64,000 bases of DNA, from the IMG/VR virus record IMGVR_UViG_3300028833_000004, one strand, 5' to 3'. Of the stretch, positions 19,720 through 28,846 are shown one piece after another. This DNA is from a virus. The position numbers and the translations under genes are program-made. The notes under the pieces were generated by a model. That model was given only the letters and a program-made list of their open reading frames with translations. It did not search any database and was not told the DNA's origin. How positions within the stretch are numbered: position 1 is the stretch's first letter; each line of letters opens with the position of its first letter.

Positions 19720-20222
19720 GTATTGTATGTGATTGCGATCAATGTATTGCTGACTTTTGTGGTGGTTTTGAAAAAGAATTCAATGTTTCTTATCAAGATT
19801 TAACTTCAGAAGAAATTACGCAGAAGGTTACAGATTTAAAATATAATTATAAATTTTGGGAAAATTTACCAAAACTAAATGATTTAGATTTTGAACCTTT
19901 AGCTTATTGTACTGCCCGAATAAATTCTAAATATACCACTAAAAAATGGCTCAAAAAGAATAATTTTCCAAATAGTCCTGTATATCAGGTGATGGGATAT
20001 AAATTAAGTAAAGTCAGTCAATTAAAAAGAATTCCATTAAAAGATAATGAAATTAAGATATTTATAGATGATAGCTGGAAAAATGTGTCAGATGCCTTAA
20101 ATGCAGGTATTCCAGCTTTTTTGTATAATACTCCATATAATCAGGATATTGACACGCCTCTTAGAATTATGGATTTAAAATTTAAAACTATTTGTCATGC
20201 TTATAGAAAATTTTATTTCTAA
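19707..20222 (+). CDS. HAD-family 5'(3')-deoxyribonucleotidase-like protein
   Basis: N-terminal GIVCDCDQCIADF (DxD nucleophile motif) and a late FIDDS motif. Confidence 0.4.
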   Translation: MRGLGIVCDCDQCIADFCGGFEKEFNVSYQDLTSEEITQKVTDLKYNYKFWENLPKLNDLDFEPLAYCTARINSKYTTKKWLKKNNFPNSPVYQVMGYKLSKVSQLKRIPLKDNEIKIFIDDSWKNVSDALNAGIPAFLYNTPYNQDIDTPLRIMDLKFKTICHAYRKFYF

Positions 20223-21264
20223 TTCAACTGTTCAGGTTGTTGATGTTACTGGTGGAAAGATGCCTGATTCGGAATATTTTAAGATTCCAGCAATTAGTAA
20301 TTCAAAATTAAGTTTACTTAATGCAGATCAGGGTGGGGATAAAGCTAAATATTTAGCAGGATTTCAACATGGCTTTAATAGTTCTCTTCTTTTGGGAACT
20401 TGTGTACATGGAAAGATATTATCCGAAGATGAAATATTAGTTAGTGATTATGAGGGAAAGCCTTCAGGTAAACTTGGTTATTTTATTGAGAAAGTTTATA
20501 AATATCGAAAACTTGGAGAATCTATAGAGTCCTCTATATCTAAGGCCTCTATTGACGCTGATTATTATAAGAATAAAATCACTCCAAAAATACTCAGAAA
20601 TGCTTTACAAAAAGGTCTAGATTATTATATAAGATTATCACATGGGGAATTTGATGACCCAATAAAAGATGTATATGTTTTACCTAAAAAAGATTTAGAA
20701 ACTTGTAACAGATGTGTAAAATCTATCAAGAATAATTTCTTTATAAAAAGAATTTTATCTGAAAATCTTATTCAAGAAAAGAAGTTTATGAATGAGTATG
20801 CATTTTTTGCAGATTTCTTAGTAACTCTCCCGGATAAATCCCAAATGACCTTAAAGTTAAAAGGCAAAGCCGATAGTATCGTAATAGATCCAGAGAAGAA
20901 AATAATATATTTAAATGATGTAAAAACTACTAGTAAACCTATTTATAATTTTATGGATAAAGTTATAAATGGACAAATAGTATCTGGAGTATTATCTCAT
21001 CATCATTATTATAGACAATTTGCTCTATATATGTTATTTTTAAAATGGTATTGCGAGAAAACGTTACATTTAACAGGATATACTTATAGAGTTAATGTTT
21101 GGGCAGTAGAAACTACAGGGGAAAATAAAGCTGAAAACTTTCCAATCAATCAAGCTTGGTTAGATTTAGGTAAAAAAGAGTTAAAATCATTATTAATTCA
21201 AATAGCATTTTATCAATTATATGGCTGGGACAAAGACTACGAACAATATGTGCGAGACCTATGA
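20197..21264 (+). CDS. PD-(D/E)XK (RecB/Cas4-like) exonuclease
   Basis: GKADSIVIDPEKKIIYLNDVKTT, the classic D...D-x-K-T arrangement. Confidence 0.5.
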   Translation: MLIENFISNSTVQVVDVTGGKMPDSEYFKIPAISNSKLSLLNADQGGDKAKYLAGFQHGFNSSLLLGTCVHGKILSEDEILVSDYEGKPSGKLGYFIEKVYKYRKLGESIESSISKASIDADYYKNKITPKILRNALQKGLDYYIRLSHGEFDDPIKDVYVLPKKDLETCNRCVKSIKNNFFIKRILSENLIQEKKFMNEYAFFADFLVTLPDKSQMTLKLKGKADSIVIDPEKKIIYLNDVKTTSKPIYNFMDKVINGQIVSGVLSHHHYYRQFALYMLFLKWYCEKTLHLTGYTYRVNVWAVETTGENKAENFPINQAWLDLGKKELKSLLIQIAFYQLYGWDKDYEQYVRDL

Positions 21265-21619
21265 AAGTAAATCAAACTTTTATATGATGAATTATTCCTT
21301 AGGCACACTAACTTCTGGAAGTTTTAAAGAAAAGTTAGAACTTATAGAATTGATATGTTATCTTACATTTCAATTACGCGAAAAAGATTCAAGTAAATAT
21401 AAAAATACAAAAGATGTATTAGAGGAACTTTTTGGAAAAACTTTCACAGTTGGAAATGGTAAAGATGATTATTTTATAAATTTAAGTCTTTTATGTGATG
21501 ATCTTTTATATCAAGTAATAACAGTTAATAAACCAGATAAATATAAAGATTTAGATAAAGTTGGTAATATAATTGCACAACGGATTAGAGAAATAACTGA
21601 TCAGTGGTGCCCATTTTAA
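21221..21619 (+). CDS. hypothetical protein (start uncertain)
   Basis: Track ORF. Alternative in-frame ATGs lie further downstream and would reduce the 44-nt overlap. Confidence 0.4.
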   Translation: MAGTKTTNNMCETYESKSNFYMMNYSLGTLTSGSFKEKLELIELICYLTFQLREKDSSKYKNTKDVLEELFGKTFTVGNGKDDYFINLSLLCDDLLYQVITVNKPDKYKDLDKVGNIIAQRIREITDQWCPF

Positions 21620-21624
21620 TAGAC

Positions 21625-22248
21625 ATGAAATTACAAATTAAAGAATGTACTGGATTTACCAAAGAGGAGGCTTTTCAAGAGTTAAATTTTCACCCATGCC
21701 ATGCTGCAATTCCAGGTACAAATTGTACACAGGCATGGACGAAGGCTGGAAGTCCTGTTCCTGGAACTAAAGACTTTTCAATTTTTGCTGCAGAACAATT
21801 AGCCGAAAAAACAAAAAATACCCCAGGTTTAGGATTATATGTTGTATTAAGCCCCCCAGTAAAGGATACAAGAATACGACCCTATAAAATATATAATAAT
21901 ATTGTAGAAAGTACTAGAGAGTGGACTTTTAATTATATGATTGTAGAGGCAAATATCTCTATGGAAACTTTTCCAGAAATAGATACAACTGATGATGGGG
22001 ATATAATTAAAACATATTATGAAGAGCCTGATATTGTAGAATATGGGAAAATTATAAAATTTGTAGATAATAAGGCTGAAGCATTGTCGGAAATTAAGAG
22101 ATTAACGGCAAAAAATCATAAAGATTATGCAATAATGGCTGTTAAAGTTCCAGATATAGTTCCTATTGCTGGTTATTCTATATATACACCATCAGCAGGA
22201 ACTTGTGTAGGTAAGTATATAGCTTTTGGATTTGATAAGGAGGATTGA
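21625..22248 (+). CDS. hypothetical protein
   Basis: ATG 21625 preferred over the track's GTG 21604. Confidence 0.5.
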   Translation: MKLQIKECTGFTKEEAFQELNFHPCHAAIPGTNCTQAWTKAGSPVPGTKDFSIFAAEQLAEKTKNTPGLGLYVVLSPPVKDTRIRPYKIYNNIVESTREWTFNYMIVEANISMETFPEIDTTDDGDIIKTYYEEPDIVEYGKIIKFVDNKAEALSEIKRLTAKNHKDYAIMAVKVPDIVPIAGYSIYTPSAGTCVGKYIAFGFDKED

Positions 22249-22249
22249 T

Positions 22250-22555
22250 ATGGAAGTAGTAATTATTTTAATGTTAATATTTAGTATTGGGGTTTTAATT
22301 AATATTGGAAATGATGTTAGAGGCCTCCTATCAGCATTAAAGAATGACTTTACTGAAGAATGGTTTTGTAATGATCCGGAAATAAATTCAGAATTAAATA
22401 AAAGACCCATTGTTCAAAATTTTTTCACAAAGCCTCAGTTATATAAAATTATAAATATTATAGCCCAAATTTATTCCTATTCTAAACTTATTATTTATTC
22501 TCTTACAATAATAGGATTAGATGTTATAGCAATATTATTTTATAAAGGTTTATGA
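22250..22555 (+). CDS. small membrane protein (two hydrophobic segments)
   Basis: ATG 22250 is preceded by AAGGAGG at 22238-22244. Hydrophobic stretches sit at the N-terminus and C-terminus. Confidence 0.5.
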   Translation: MEVVIILMLIFSIGVLINIGNDVRGLLSALKNDFTEEWFCNDPEINSELNKRPIVQNFFTKPQLYKIINIIAQIYSYSKLIIYSLTIIGLDVIAILFYKGL

Positions 22556-23310
22556 TTGAATTATTAAGTGAAGTATTAAAGGGGAAATCAACAATAATAA
22601 AAAACAAGCAGTATTTATCGTCAGAGTCTTATATTCAACCTTTTATAGATAGATTTAAGGATTTTGATGTTACAATTACATGTAATGTTAAACCTGCCAA
22701 TCAATTATCTGTAACAGATAATATTACAGATATAGTATATAACAGGGTGCATATTCAAGTTGTTTTTAATTCACCTGGAACCTATGAAAATGTAATAGGA
22801 ATGATTTATGGTTTAGATACTAGAATGCCTGTTGCAAAATTTTATAGAGGATTATTAGATTCAAATGGAAATTTCATTTCTTTTAATTCTGACGATTTGC
22901 AATGCCAAAAAATTGAAGAAGAATTAACATTAGACTATTCTTTTGTTGATGAATCTATAGACATGTTTAAAAATCAAGATAAGTGGAATAAACTAGCTTT
23001 AGATGAAATAGATGCTTTATCAAATTGTAGTGTTCCATATATGGAATTGACTCAATTGTTGGGAGAATGGGTTGATAAATCTCTATCATTAATTGATATT
23101 TCTGATTTTGGAAAGGTTAAATTAGCTACGTCTATTCCAATTAATGGATATAAATATTTAGTAAAAGATGTGTCAAGTCCTTATTTCACTGAGGTTGATA
23201 CTAATAAATTTAATATTTATAGAGCATTGCTTCAAGCACTTTCAGATGAAGATGATATAATTAATATAATTGAAAAAACCTATTTAATAAATAAGCTTAT
23301 AGGGCTATGA
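22552..23310 (+). CDS. hypothetical protein
   Basis: Track ORF with ATGA overlaps at both ends. Confidence 0.5.
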   Translation: MIELLSEVLKGKSTIIKNKQYLSSESYIQPFIDRFKDFDVTITCNVKPANQLSVTDNITDIVYNRVHIQVVFNSPGTYENVIGMIYGLDTRMPVAKFYRGLLDSNGNFISFNSDDLQCQKIEEELTLDYSFVDESIDMFKNQDKWNKLALDEIDALSNCSVPYMELTQLLGEWVDKSLSLIDISDFGKVKLATSIPINGYKYLVKDVSSPYFTEVDTNKFNIYRALLQALSDEDDIINIIEKTYLINKLIGL

Positions 23311-23651
23311 CAGAACAAGAATTAAATGAATTTATAACTCAAATAACTTTAGGGCAATTTAACTCTGATAGATATGTATTAAATGTTTATAATGACGGAT
23401 TATATATTAGAGATGTTGACCTAGACGTTATGGTTTATTTTACTTTATATGATAAGGATATAAATCCCTTTAAAAATATTTATAGGAGATTTAAATACGG
23501 AAGTGTTTATCTTGTTACAATAGATGATCCATATGAAATAATTCCAATTTCAAAAGAAACTTTTATAAGATTTAATTCTTTATTAAAAACTTTTTATGAT
23601 AAAGAAAAAGCTAAAGTTCTTAGTGATCGAAAGAAAGCTTTTAATTTTTAA
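23307..23651 (+). CDS. hypothetical protein
   Basis: Track ORF with ATGA overlap upstream. Confidence 0.5.
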   Translation: MTEQELNEFITQITLGQFNSDRYVLNVYNDGLYIRDVDLDVMVYFTLYDKDINPFKNIYRRFKYGSVYLVTIDDPYEIIPISKETFIRFNSLLKTFYDKEKAKVLSDRKKAFNF

Positions 23652-23656
23652 TATAA

Positions 23657-23691
23657 AATTCCCCCTTTAAATTTTGTTTATTGGGGGAATT
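23657..23691 (+). terminator. hairpin after the 23307..23651 gene
   Basis: AATTCCCCC(23657-65) pairs with GGGGGAATT(23683-91) around a 17-nt loop. Followed by only a short T run, so it is weak as an intrinsic terminator. Confidence 0.35.
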
Positions 23692-23703
23692 TTAGTAACT
23701 TTG
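23673..23703 (+). promoter_or_regulatory. candidate Bacteroidota-type promoter (TTTG ... TAnnTTTG) upstream of nrdD
   Basis: TTTG at 23673-76, a 19-nt spacer, then TAACTTTG at 23696-23703, which ends 28 nt before ATG 23732. Confidence 0.35.
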
Positions 23704-23731
23704 TATCTTTTCACTTTTAAATAAAAATCTT

Positions 23732-25885
23732 ATGAAAGTACTAAAACGAAATGGACAAATTGTTGATTATGAGCCTGATAAGATTAAGAAGGCTATTTTT
23801 AATTGTTTTTTAAGTGTCAATCATGAATTTCCAGACATGATTACTGAACATGTTTTTGACAATGTTGTTGGAGAACTTATGCAACAAGATTATGATGGGC
23901 GAACTGATCCATTCTCAGTTGAAGAAATTCAAGATCTTGTTGAAAAATCTATGATGGATGAGAAGGAATATGACGCCGCTAAAGCTTATATTTTGTATAG
24001 AGAGAAGCATAAAAATTTAAGAGATTTAGCACAATCGGATGTTGAATTTATCACAAACTTTGTTAATTCAAAAAATGCTGCTAACGCTACAATTGATGAT
24101 AATTCTAATGTTGGGACTAAGGGAGTCGGGGTATTAAACGCAGAAATACATAAAGCAATTAATGCTAATACTAATATGTATCTTTGGGAGAATGAGGTAA
24201 AGAAACTTTATCCAGAACTTTCTATAAAACAAATGAGGACTGATTTTAAAACAATTTGTTATCCTCACGATTTTTCTAGCCAAATTCTCATGTCATACTG
24301 TATGTCTGTTTCAATGTATCCATTTTTAACTGATGGAATTGCTAAGCTTGGAGGTAAATCTGTCACACCAAAATCTTTGGAGTCTTTCTGTGGAATATTT
24401 ATTAATCTTGTATTTGCTTTAGCAAGTGAAGTAAAGGGGGCAGTCGCCTGTCCAGAAGTTTTAATGTATATGGATTCATTTGCACGAAAGGATTACGGTG
24501 AAGATTATATATACCATTTGAATGATAAAATTGGAAATAGAACAATCAGACAACAATTACATCAATATTTTCAACAAATAACCTATTCTATTAATCAAGT
24601 TGCCGGATCACGTGGAATGCAGAGCCCGTTTACTAATTTTTCTTTCTTTGATAAATACTTCTTTGAGGGAATGTTTGGTGATTTTTATTTCCCAGATGGA
24701 AGTAAGCCGGTTTGGGAAACCACTAATTGGTTACAACAAGAATATTTACACTGGTTGAATCAGGAGAGATTAAAATGTATTTTAACCTTTCCAGTTTGCA
24801 GCTACGCTTGTTTAATTGAAAATGGTGATTTTAAAGATAAGTCTACTTTTGATTTTGTATGCCAAGAATATTCTGAAGGTAATTCATTCTTTCTATATAC
24901 CAGTAAAACAGTTGATTCTTTGAGCAGTTGCTGCCGTTTACAAAATTCTTTAACTGAGAACACATTCAACTTCACAAATGGGCAAATAGGAGTAATGACT
25001 GGATCAAAAAATGTAATTACCTTAGATTTAAATCGAATAATGCAAGATTTTCAAAAGTCACAAGGATACTTTGATTTCCCAATAAATAGACCTATTGATG
25101 ATTGGATTGATGATTTTAAATTATATTTAATAAACATTTTGGATAGGGTTTATAAATATCAAACGGCTTATAATAAGTTACTTCATTGGGCGAAAGACCA
25201 TCATTTATATGCAGCATATGATGCCGGATTTATTGATCTAGACAAACAATATTTAACTATTGGAATAAATGCACTTAATCAAATGGCTGAAGTTGTAGGA
25301 ATAAAATGTAATAACAATCCAGATTATAAAAGACTGTGTAGAGAATTATTTGGATTAATAAAAGAACAGAATTCTTTACATCGTACTGAAACAGAGAGGT
25401 TTAACTGTGAACAGGTTCCTGCGGAGTCCGCCTCCATAAAATTATATAATAGAGATAAAAATGATGGATATTGGACACCTTCTGATACTAATCTTTATGC
25501 TAGTTATATATTTAAACCAAATGATTTAGAAATAAGTGTTCTTGATAAAATAATTTTACATAGTTCTGAATTTGCAGCCGATCAAATGGATGGTGGGCAG
25601 GCATGCCATATAAATTTAGATTCACATCTATCAAAAGAACAATACAGAAAATTATTATTATTTGCTGCACAAAAAGGATGTAAATATCTTACCTTTAATA
25701 TCCCTAATTGTGAATGTGATGATTGTGGTTATATAGCTAAACAACCATTTAAAGTATGTCCCAAATGCGGAAGTACTCATATTTCTTTATGGGATAGGGT
25801 AATTGGATATCTTACAAAAATTAAAAATTGGTCTGAGGGACGTCAGATAGAACAGAAAACTAGAGTATATTCTAAAAATATTTAA
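23732..25885 (+). CDS. nrdD: anaerobic ribonucleoside-triphosphate reductase (class III)
   Basis: N-terminal ATP-cone (VLKRNGQIVDYEPDKI), C-terminal CxxC...CxxC zinc ribbon (CECDDCGY...CPKCGS) and glycyl-radical motif RVIGYLT. Confidence 0.9.
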   Translation: MKVLKRNGQIVDYEPDKIKKAIFNCFLSVNHEFPDMITEHVFDNVVGELMQQDYDGRTDPFSVEEIQDLVEKSMMDEKEYDAAKAYILYREKHKNLRDLAQSDVEFITNFVNSKNAANATIDDNSNVGTKGVGVLNAEIHKAINANTNMYLWENEVKKLYPELSIKQMRTDFKTICYPHDFSSQILMSYCMSVSMYPFLTDGIAKLGGKSVTPKSLESFCGIFINLVFALASEVKGAVACPEVLMYMDSFARKDYGEDYIYHLNDKIGNRTIRQQLHQYFQQITYSINQVAGSRGMQSPFTNFSFFDKYFFEGMFGDFYFPDGSKPVWETTNWLQQEYLHWLNQERLKCILTFPVCSYACLIENGDFKDKSTFDFVCQEYSEGNSFFLYTSKTVDSLSSCCRLQNSLTENTFNFTNGQIGVMTGSKNVITLDLNRIMQDFQKSQGYFDFPINRPIDDWIDDFKLYLINILDRVYKYQTAYNKLLHWAKDHHLYAAYDAGFIDLDKQYLTIGINALNQMAEVVGIKCNNNPDYKRLCRELFGLIKEQNSLHRTETERFNCEQVPAESASIKLYNRDKNDGYWTPSDTNLYASYIFKPNDLEISVLDKIILHSSEFAADQMDGGQACHINLDSHLSKEQYRKLLLFAAQKGCKYLTFNIPNCECDDCGYIAKQPFKVCPKCGSTHISLWDRVIGYLTKIKNWSEGRQIEQKTRVYSKNI

Positions 25886-25889
25886 AATC

Positions 25890-26036
25890 ATGACTGTAGA
25901 AGAATTTATTTCAGAAATTAGCGAACATAAAGATTGTAAACTAATATTTCAATATTTTGATACTGAAGTACCTTTAGATACTTGCGAGTTATTATATAGT
26001 AAAAAGAAAAATAAATTAATAATTAAATTTGAATAA
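25890..26036 (+). CDS. small protein, paralog 1 of 3 (48 aa)
   Basis: MTVEEFISEI...KLIIKFE. Shares its N-terminal and C-terminal pattern with 26038..26208 and 26504..26656. Confidence 0.45.
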   Translation: MTVEEFISEISEHKDCKLIFQYFDTEVPLDTCELLYSKKKNKLIIKFE

Positions 26037-26037
26037 T

Positions 26038-26208
26038 ATGAAAGTAAGTGAATTTATTTCAGAATTTAAAGGATTTGAGGATTATGATTTCATTCTTCGA
26101 GTTAATGGTGGCGACTATTTGTCGGATGAAGAGTTAGAAGGTATGGAATTTTTAGTAGGTGCCAAAAAGAAAAAATTTATTCTAAATTTATCAGAATTTT
26201 TATTATGA
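26038..26208 (+). CDS. small protein, paralog 2 of 3 (56 aa)
   Basis: MKVSEFISEF..DYDFILR...KFILNL. ATGA overlap with the thioredoxin start. Confidence 0.45.
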   Translation: MKVSEFISEFKGFEDYDFILRVNGGDYLSDEELEGMEFLVGAKKKKFILNLSEFLL

Positions 26209-26507
26209 TTTACGAAGTAACAAAAAATAGTTTAAGTTTAGATTTATCAGGTTTTACACTAGTCGACTTTTATGCCGACTGGTGTGGGCCTTGTAAGGTA
26301 TTATCAAATAATCTACAAGAATTTGAAAAAATTTATCCAAACATTAATATTAAAAAAGTTAATGTTGATGAGAATGATGAATTAGTTGAAAAATATAAGA
26401 TTAGAAATGTTCCTTCAATAATCTGTTTTAAACAGGGTATAGAATATTGGAGACATTCTGGTTTAATGACTCTAGATCAATTAAGAGAAAAATTTATTGA
26501 ACTATGA
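26205..26507 (+). CDS. trxA: thioredoxin
   Basis: WCGPC active site; 100 aa. Confidence 0.85.
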   Translation: MIYEVTKNSLSLDLSGFTLVDFYADWCGPCKVLSNNLQEFEKIYPNINIKKVNVDENDELVEKYKIRNVPSIICFKQGIEYWRHSGLMTLDQLREKFIEL

Positions 26508-26656
26508 CTTTAAGAGAAATACTTAATGCATACCCCGAACAGGTTTATGATTATGAAATTATCCTTAGAAATGCTTATACACCTGATACTGAAATGCAGG
26601 TATATGATGCACTTATAAATCGTCAAGATGAACATTTAATTATTGAATATGTATGA
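26504..26656 (+). CDS. small protein, paralog 3 of 3 (50 aa)
   Basis: MTLREILNAY..YDYEIILR...HLIIEYV. ATGA overlaps on both sides. Confidence 0.45.
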   Translation: MTLREILNAYPEQVYDYEIILRNAYTPDTEMQVYDALINRQDEHLIIEYV

Positions 26657-27018
26657 TTTCGTCTTTACAAAATCCCGAAACTGAACATAATTTACCAATT
26701 GTTAGAGCCGAATTAAGTATTAGTGAGACTTTTAGCAAAAGTGTTACTGTTCCTACTGTCAATTATATTTCTACTGGTATAGAAAAGGATGAAGATGGTA
26801 ATGCGGATCTTAATATAGATTGGAAAAATAGTGATTTATCAGAAATATATTCTGAGAGATATTTAACTTTGAAGGAAATATTAGAACAAGTCCCAAAAGT
26901 TTTTTCAGAGATATTAGATTATCAATTACCTCCTAATTTAAAGAAAAGATTAAAGGTATTAAGAGATAACTGCCTTAATTGGGATGAAAATGAATGCGAA
27001 ATAATAAGTGAAAAATAA
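26653..27018 (+). CDS. hypothetical protein
   Basis: Track ORF with ATGA overlap upstream. Confidence 0.5.
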   Translation: MISSLQNPETEHNLPIVRAELSISETFSKSVTVPTVNYISTGIEKDEDGNADLNIDWKNSDLSEIYSERYLTLKEILEQVPKVFSEILDYQLPPNLKKRLKVLRDNCLNWDENECEIISEK

Positions 27019-27233
27019 TGGATAAGGCATTTACTGATAAAGAATTAACAGAATTATTAAAATTTGAGAATGAACATTTAAAGAGAAAATGCTATAAATT
27101 GCCTGATAGTAAATTTAAAACTATGGGATTTACTATCAGGCAATCTTTTAGTAGTAATATAGGAATTTCTACAATAATCACATGTGATTGTTGTAATGAA
27201 AGTAAAGATGTAACTGATTATGATGTTTGGTAA
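27018..27233 (+). CDS. hypothetical small Cys-containing protein
   Basis: Track ORF with a TAATG junction. Contains CDCC. Confidence 0.45.
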   Translation: MDKAFTDKELTELLKFENEHLKRKCYKLPDSKFKTMGFTIRQSFSSNIGISTIITCDCCNESKDVTDYDVW

Positions 27234-27306
27234 TTATAGAAGACATTATTACAAGAATACTATAATGATGATAGTGCTTCATATTAAATGAAAATAGTAA
27301 ATCTAT

Positions 27307-27867
27307 ATGCTTAAATATACAACAACTCAAGTAACATTTAGAGAAATTCCAGATGAAATTACTCTATGTATAAACATTTCAAACTGCCCAATACACTGCC
27401 CAGATTGTCATTCTAAAGAACTTTGGAAAGATATTGGTGCCGAACTTACAGTAGAAACATTAATTAAATTATGTGATGATAATGATGGTGTTACTACCAT
27501 TTGTTTTTTAGGTGGAGATTCTGACACAGAAGAATTGGGATATTTAATTAATGCATTATGTCAATCTCACGATAATTGTTTTACTAAAAACATTGCTTGG
27601 TACTCTGGAAGGGATAATTTAAAAGAAGTATCTGGTATAAGTTATGTAAATCTCGATTATATTAAATTGGGTCATTTTGATAAAAATCGTGGTGGCTTAG
27701 ATAAACCTACAACTAATCAGCGATTATATAAATTATGGTCCACTTCTCCAGATACAGAATTAATTGCTGGATTAGGAGATGGAGATATCATGACAATAGA
27801 CGTAGAAGATATAACTTATAAATTTTGGAATAATGTTAATATTCAGAAAACCGGGTTGGATACTTAA
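27307..27867 (+). CDS. nrdG: anaerobic RNR activating enzyme (radical SAM)
   Basis: CxxxCxxC cluster motif CPIHCPDC near the N-terminus. Lies next to nrdD. Confidence 0.75.
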   Translation: MLKYTTTQVTFREIPDEITLCINISNCPIHCPDCHSKELWKDIGAELTVETLIKLCDDNDGVTTICFLGGDSDTEELGYLINALCQSHDNCFTKNIAWYSGRDNLKEVSGISYVNLDYIKLGHFDKNRGGLDKPTTNQRLYKLWSTSPDTELIAGLGDGDIMTIDVEDITYKFWNNVNIQKTGLDT

Positions 27868-28033
27868 TCCAAGTGATAAAATAGTTAATTCAATTATTAA
27901 AAAAATTGATTTAAATAATGGAGAATGCCCATGTAATAATCCTGGGAAAACTCATGAGGATAGAATCTGTCCCTGTAAAGAATATAGGGAAAATAATATA
28001 TGTCACTGTTCATTGTATATAAAACAAATATGA
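27833..28033 (+). CDS. ferredoxin-thioredoxin reductase catalytic-subunit-like Cys-rich protein
   Basis: CPC...CPC...CHC spacing (ECPCNNPGKTHEDRICPCKEYRENNICHCSLY) matches the FTR catalytic chain pattern from memory. Confidence 0.55.
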   Translation: MLIFRKPGWILNPSDKIVNSIIKKIDLNNGECPCNNPGKTHEDRICPCKEYRENNICHCSLYIKQI

Positions 28034-28377
28034 AAAAACTAGATGAATTTACAGAAGGAATGTCTATAGGAAATATTATTCTTCCTAACTATGGTGAAAA
28101 AATCAAATTCGATTTAGAAGAATTAAATAAAATTATAGATAAGTCTGATTTTATTTATATAATTGGCGGAGATTATGATTTAGATGCAAAAAAAGATTTA
28201 GTTGCTTATATATCATGGTATAAACCAGATGTTTATACTTGTGGAGTAACTAATAAAAAATTCTATGTAGATAATGAGGGACTTTTTTATGATTTTTATA
28301 AAACACCAAAAATAGTTTATAGAAATAGACACAATCCAGATAATTCAACAACAATAAATATTTTTGATTATGAATGA
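28030..28377 (+). CDS. hypothetical protein
   Basis: ATG 28030 forms an ATGA overlap with the preceding stop. The track begins this ORF at 28000. Confidence 0.5.
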   Translation: MKKLDEFTEGMSIGNIILPNYGEKIKFDLEELNKIIDKSDFIYIIGGDYDLDAKKDLVAYISWYKPDVYTCGVTNKKFYVDNEGLFYDFYKTPKIVYRNRHNPDNSTTINIFDYE

Positions 28378-28846
28378 CATAGAAATAAAAATAGTAAATA
28401 CAAGTAAAAATCCCCTTCCTACATATAGCAAGGATGGGGATGCATGTGTAGACTTACGTGCGGTTATTGAGCCTAACTCTATATCTAATTTAGCAAATGC
28501 TGCAATGCATAATGGTTCGTTATTAATATATCCAGATGGGCGAGCTCTTATTGGAACTGGTCTACACATACAATTTCCAAGAGGATATATGTTTAAAATC
28601 CAAGAACGATCTGGTTTAGGTGCAGACGGAATTAAAGTTTCTGGCGGTGTAGTTGATTCCAATTATACAGGAGAAATAAAAATAGCACTTCTAAATACTT
28701 CCAGCAATGTATTTTCTGTAAACTATGGAGATAGAATTGCTCAGGGATGTCTAATTCCTATTCCACACATGGTTTTTAAGGAGGTTGATACTTTAGATGA
28801 AACTAATAGAGGTTCTGATGGATTTAATTCTACTGGTGTAAAATGA
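28364..28846 (+). CDS. dut: dUTP diphosphatase
   Basis: GVVDSNYTGEIK (motif 3) and RGSDGFNSTG (motif 5). Confidence 0.9.
   Translation: MIMNDIEIKIVNTSKNPLPTYSKDGDACVDLRAVIEPNSISNLANAAMHNGSLLIYPDGRALIGTGLHIQFPRGYMFKIQERSGLGADGIKVSGGVVDSNYTGEIKIALLNTSSNVFSVNYGDRIAQGCLIPIPHMVFKEVDTLDETNRGSDGFNSTGVK

Noticed and set aside
22238-22244. The AAGGAGG Shine-Dalgarno-like sequence before ATG 22250 could indicate general SD-dependent initiation.
   Set aside because: It is a single instance. Most other starts in both modules lack any purine-rich box and rely on overlaps or AT-rich leaders, so it does not support a genome-wide inference.
973-28662. - strand track ORFs lie inside the early block: 973..1200, 6913..7122, 8744..8953, 10356..10670, 12350..12535, 13406..13615, 17193..17534, 19153..19374, 22192..22410 and 28345..28662.
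   Set aside because: They are antisense to motif-supported + strand genes such as thyX, polA, the helicase and dut. Their translations are Ile/Phe/Cys-rich shadows.
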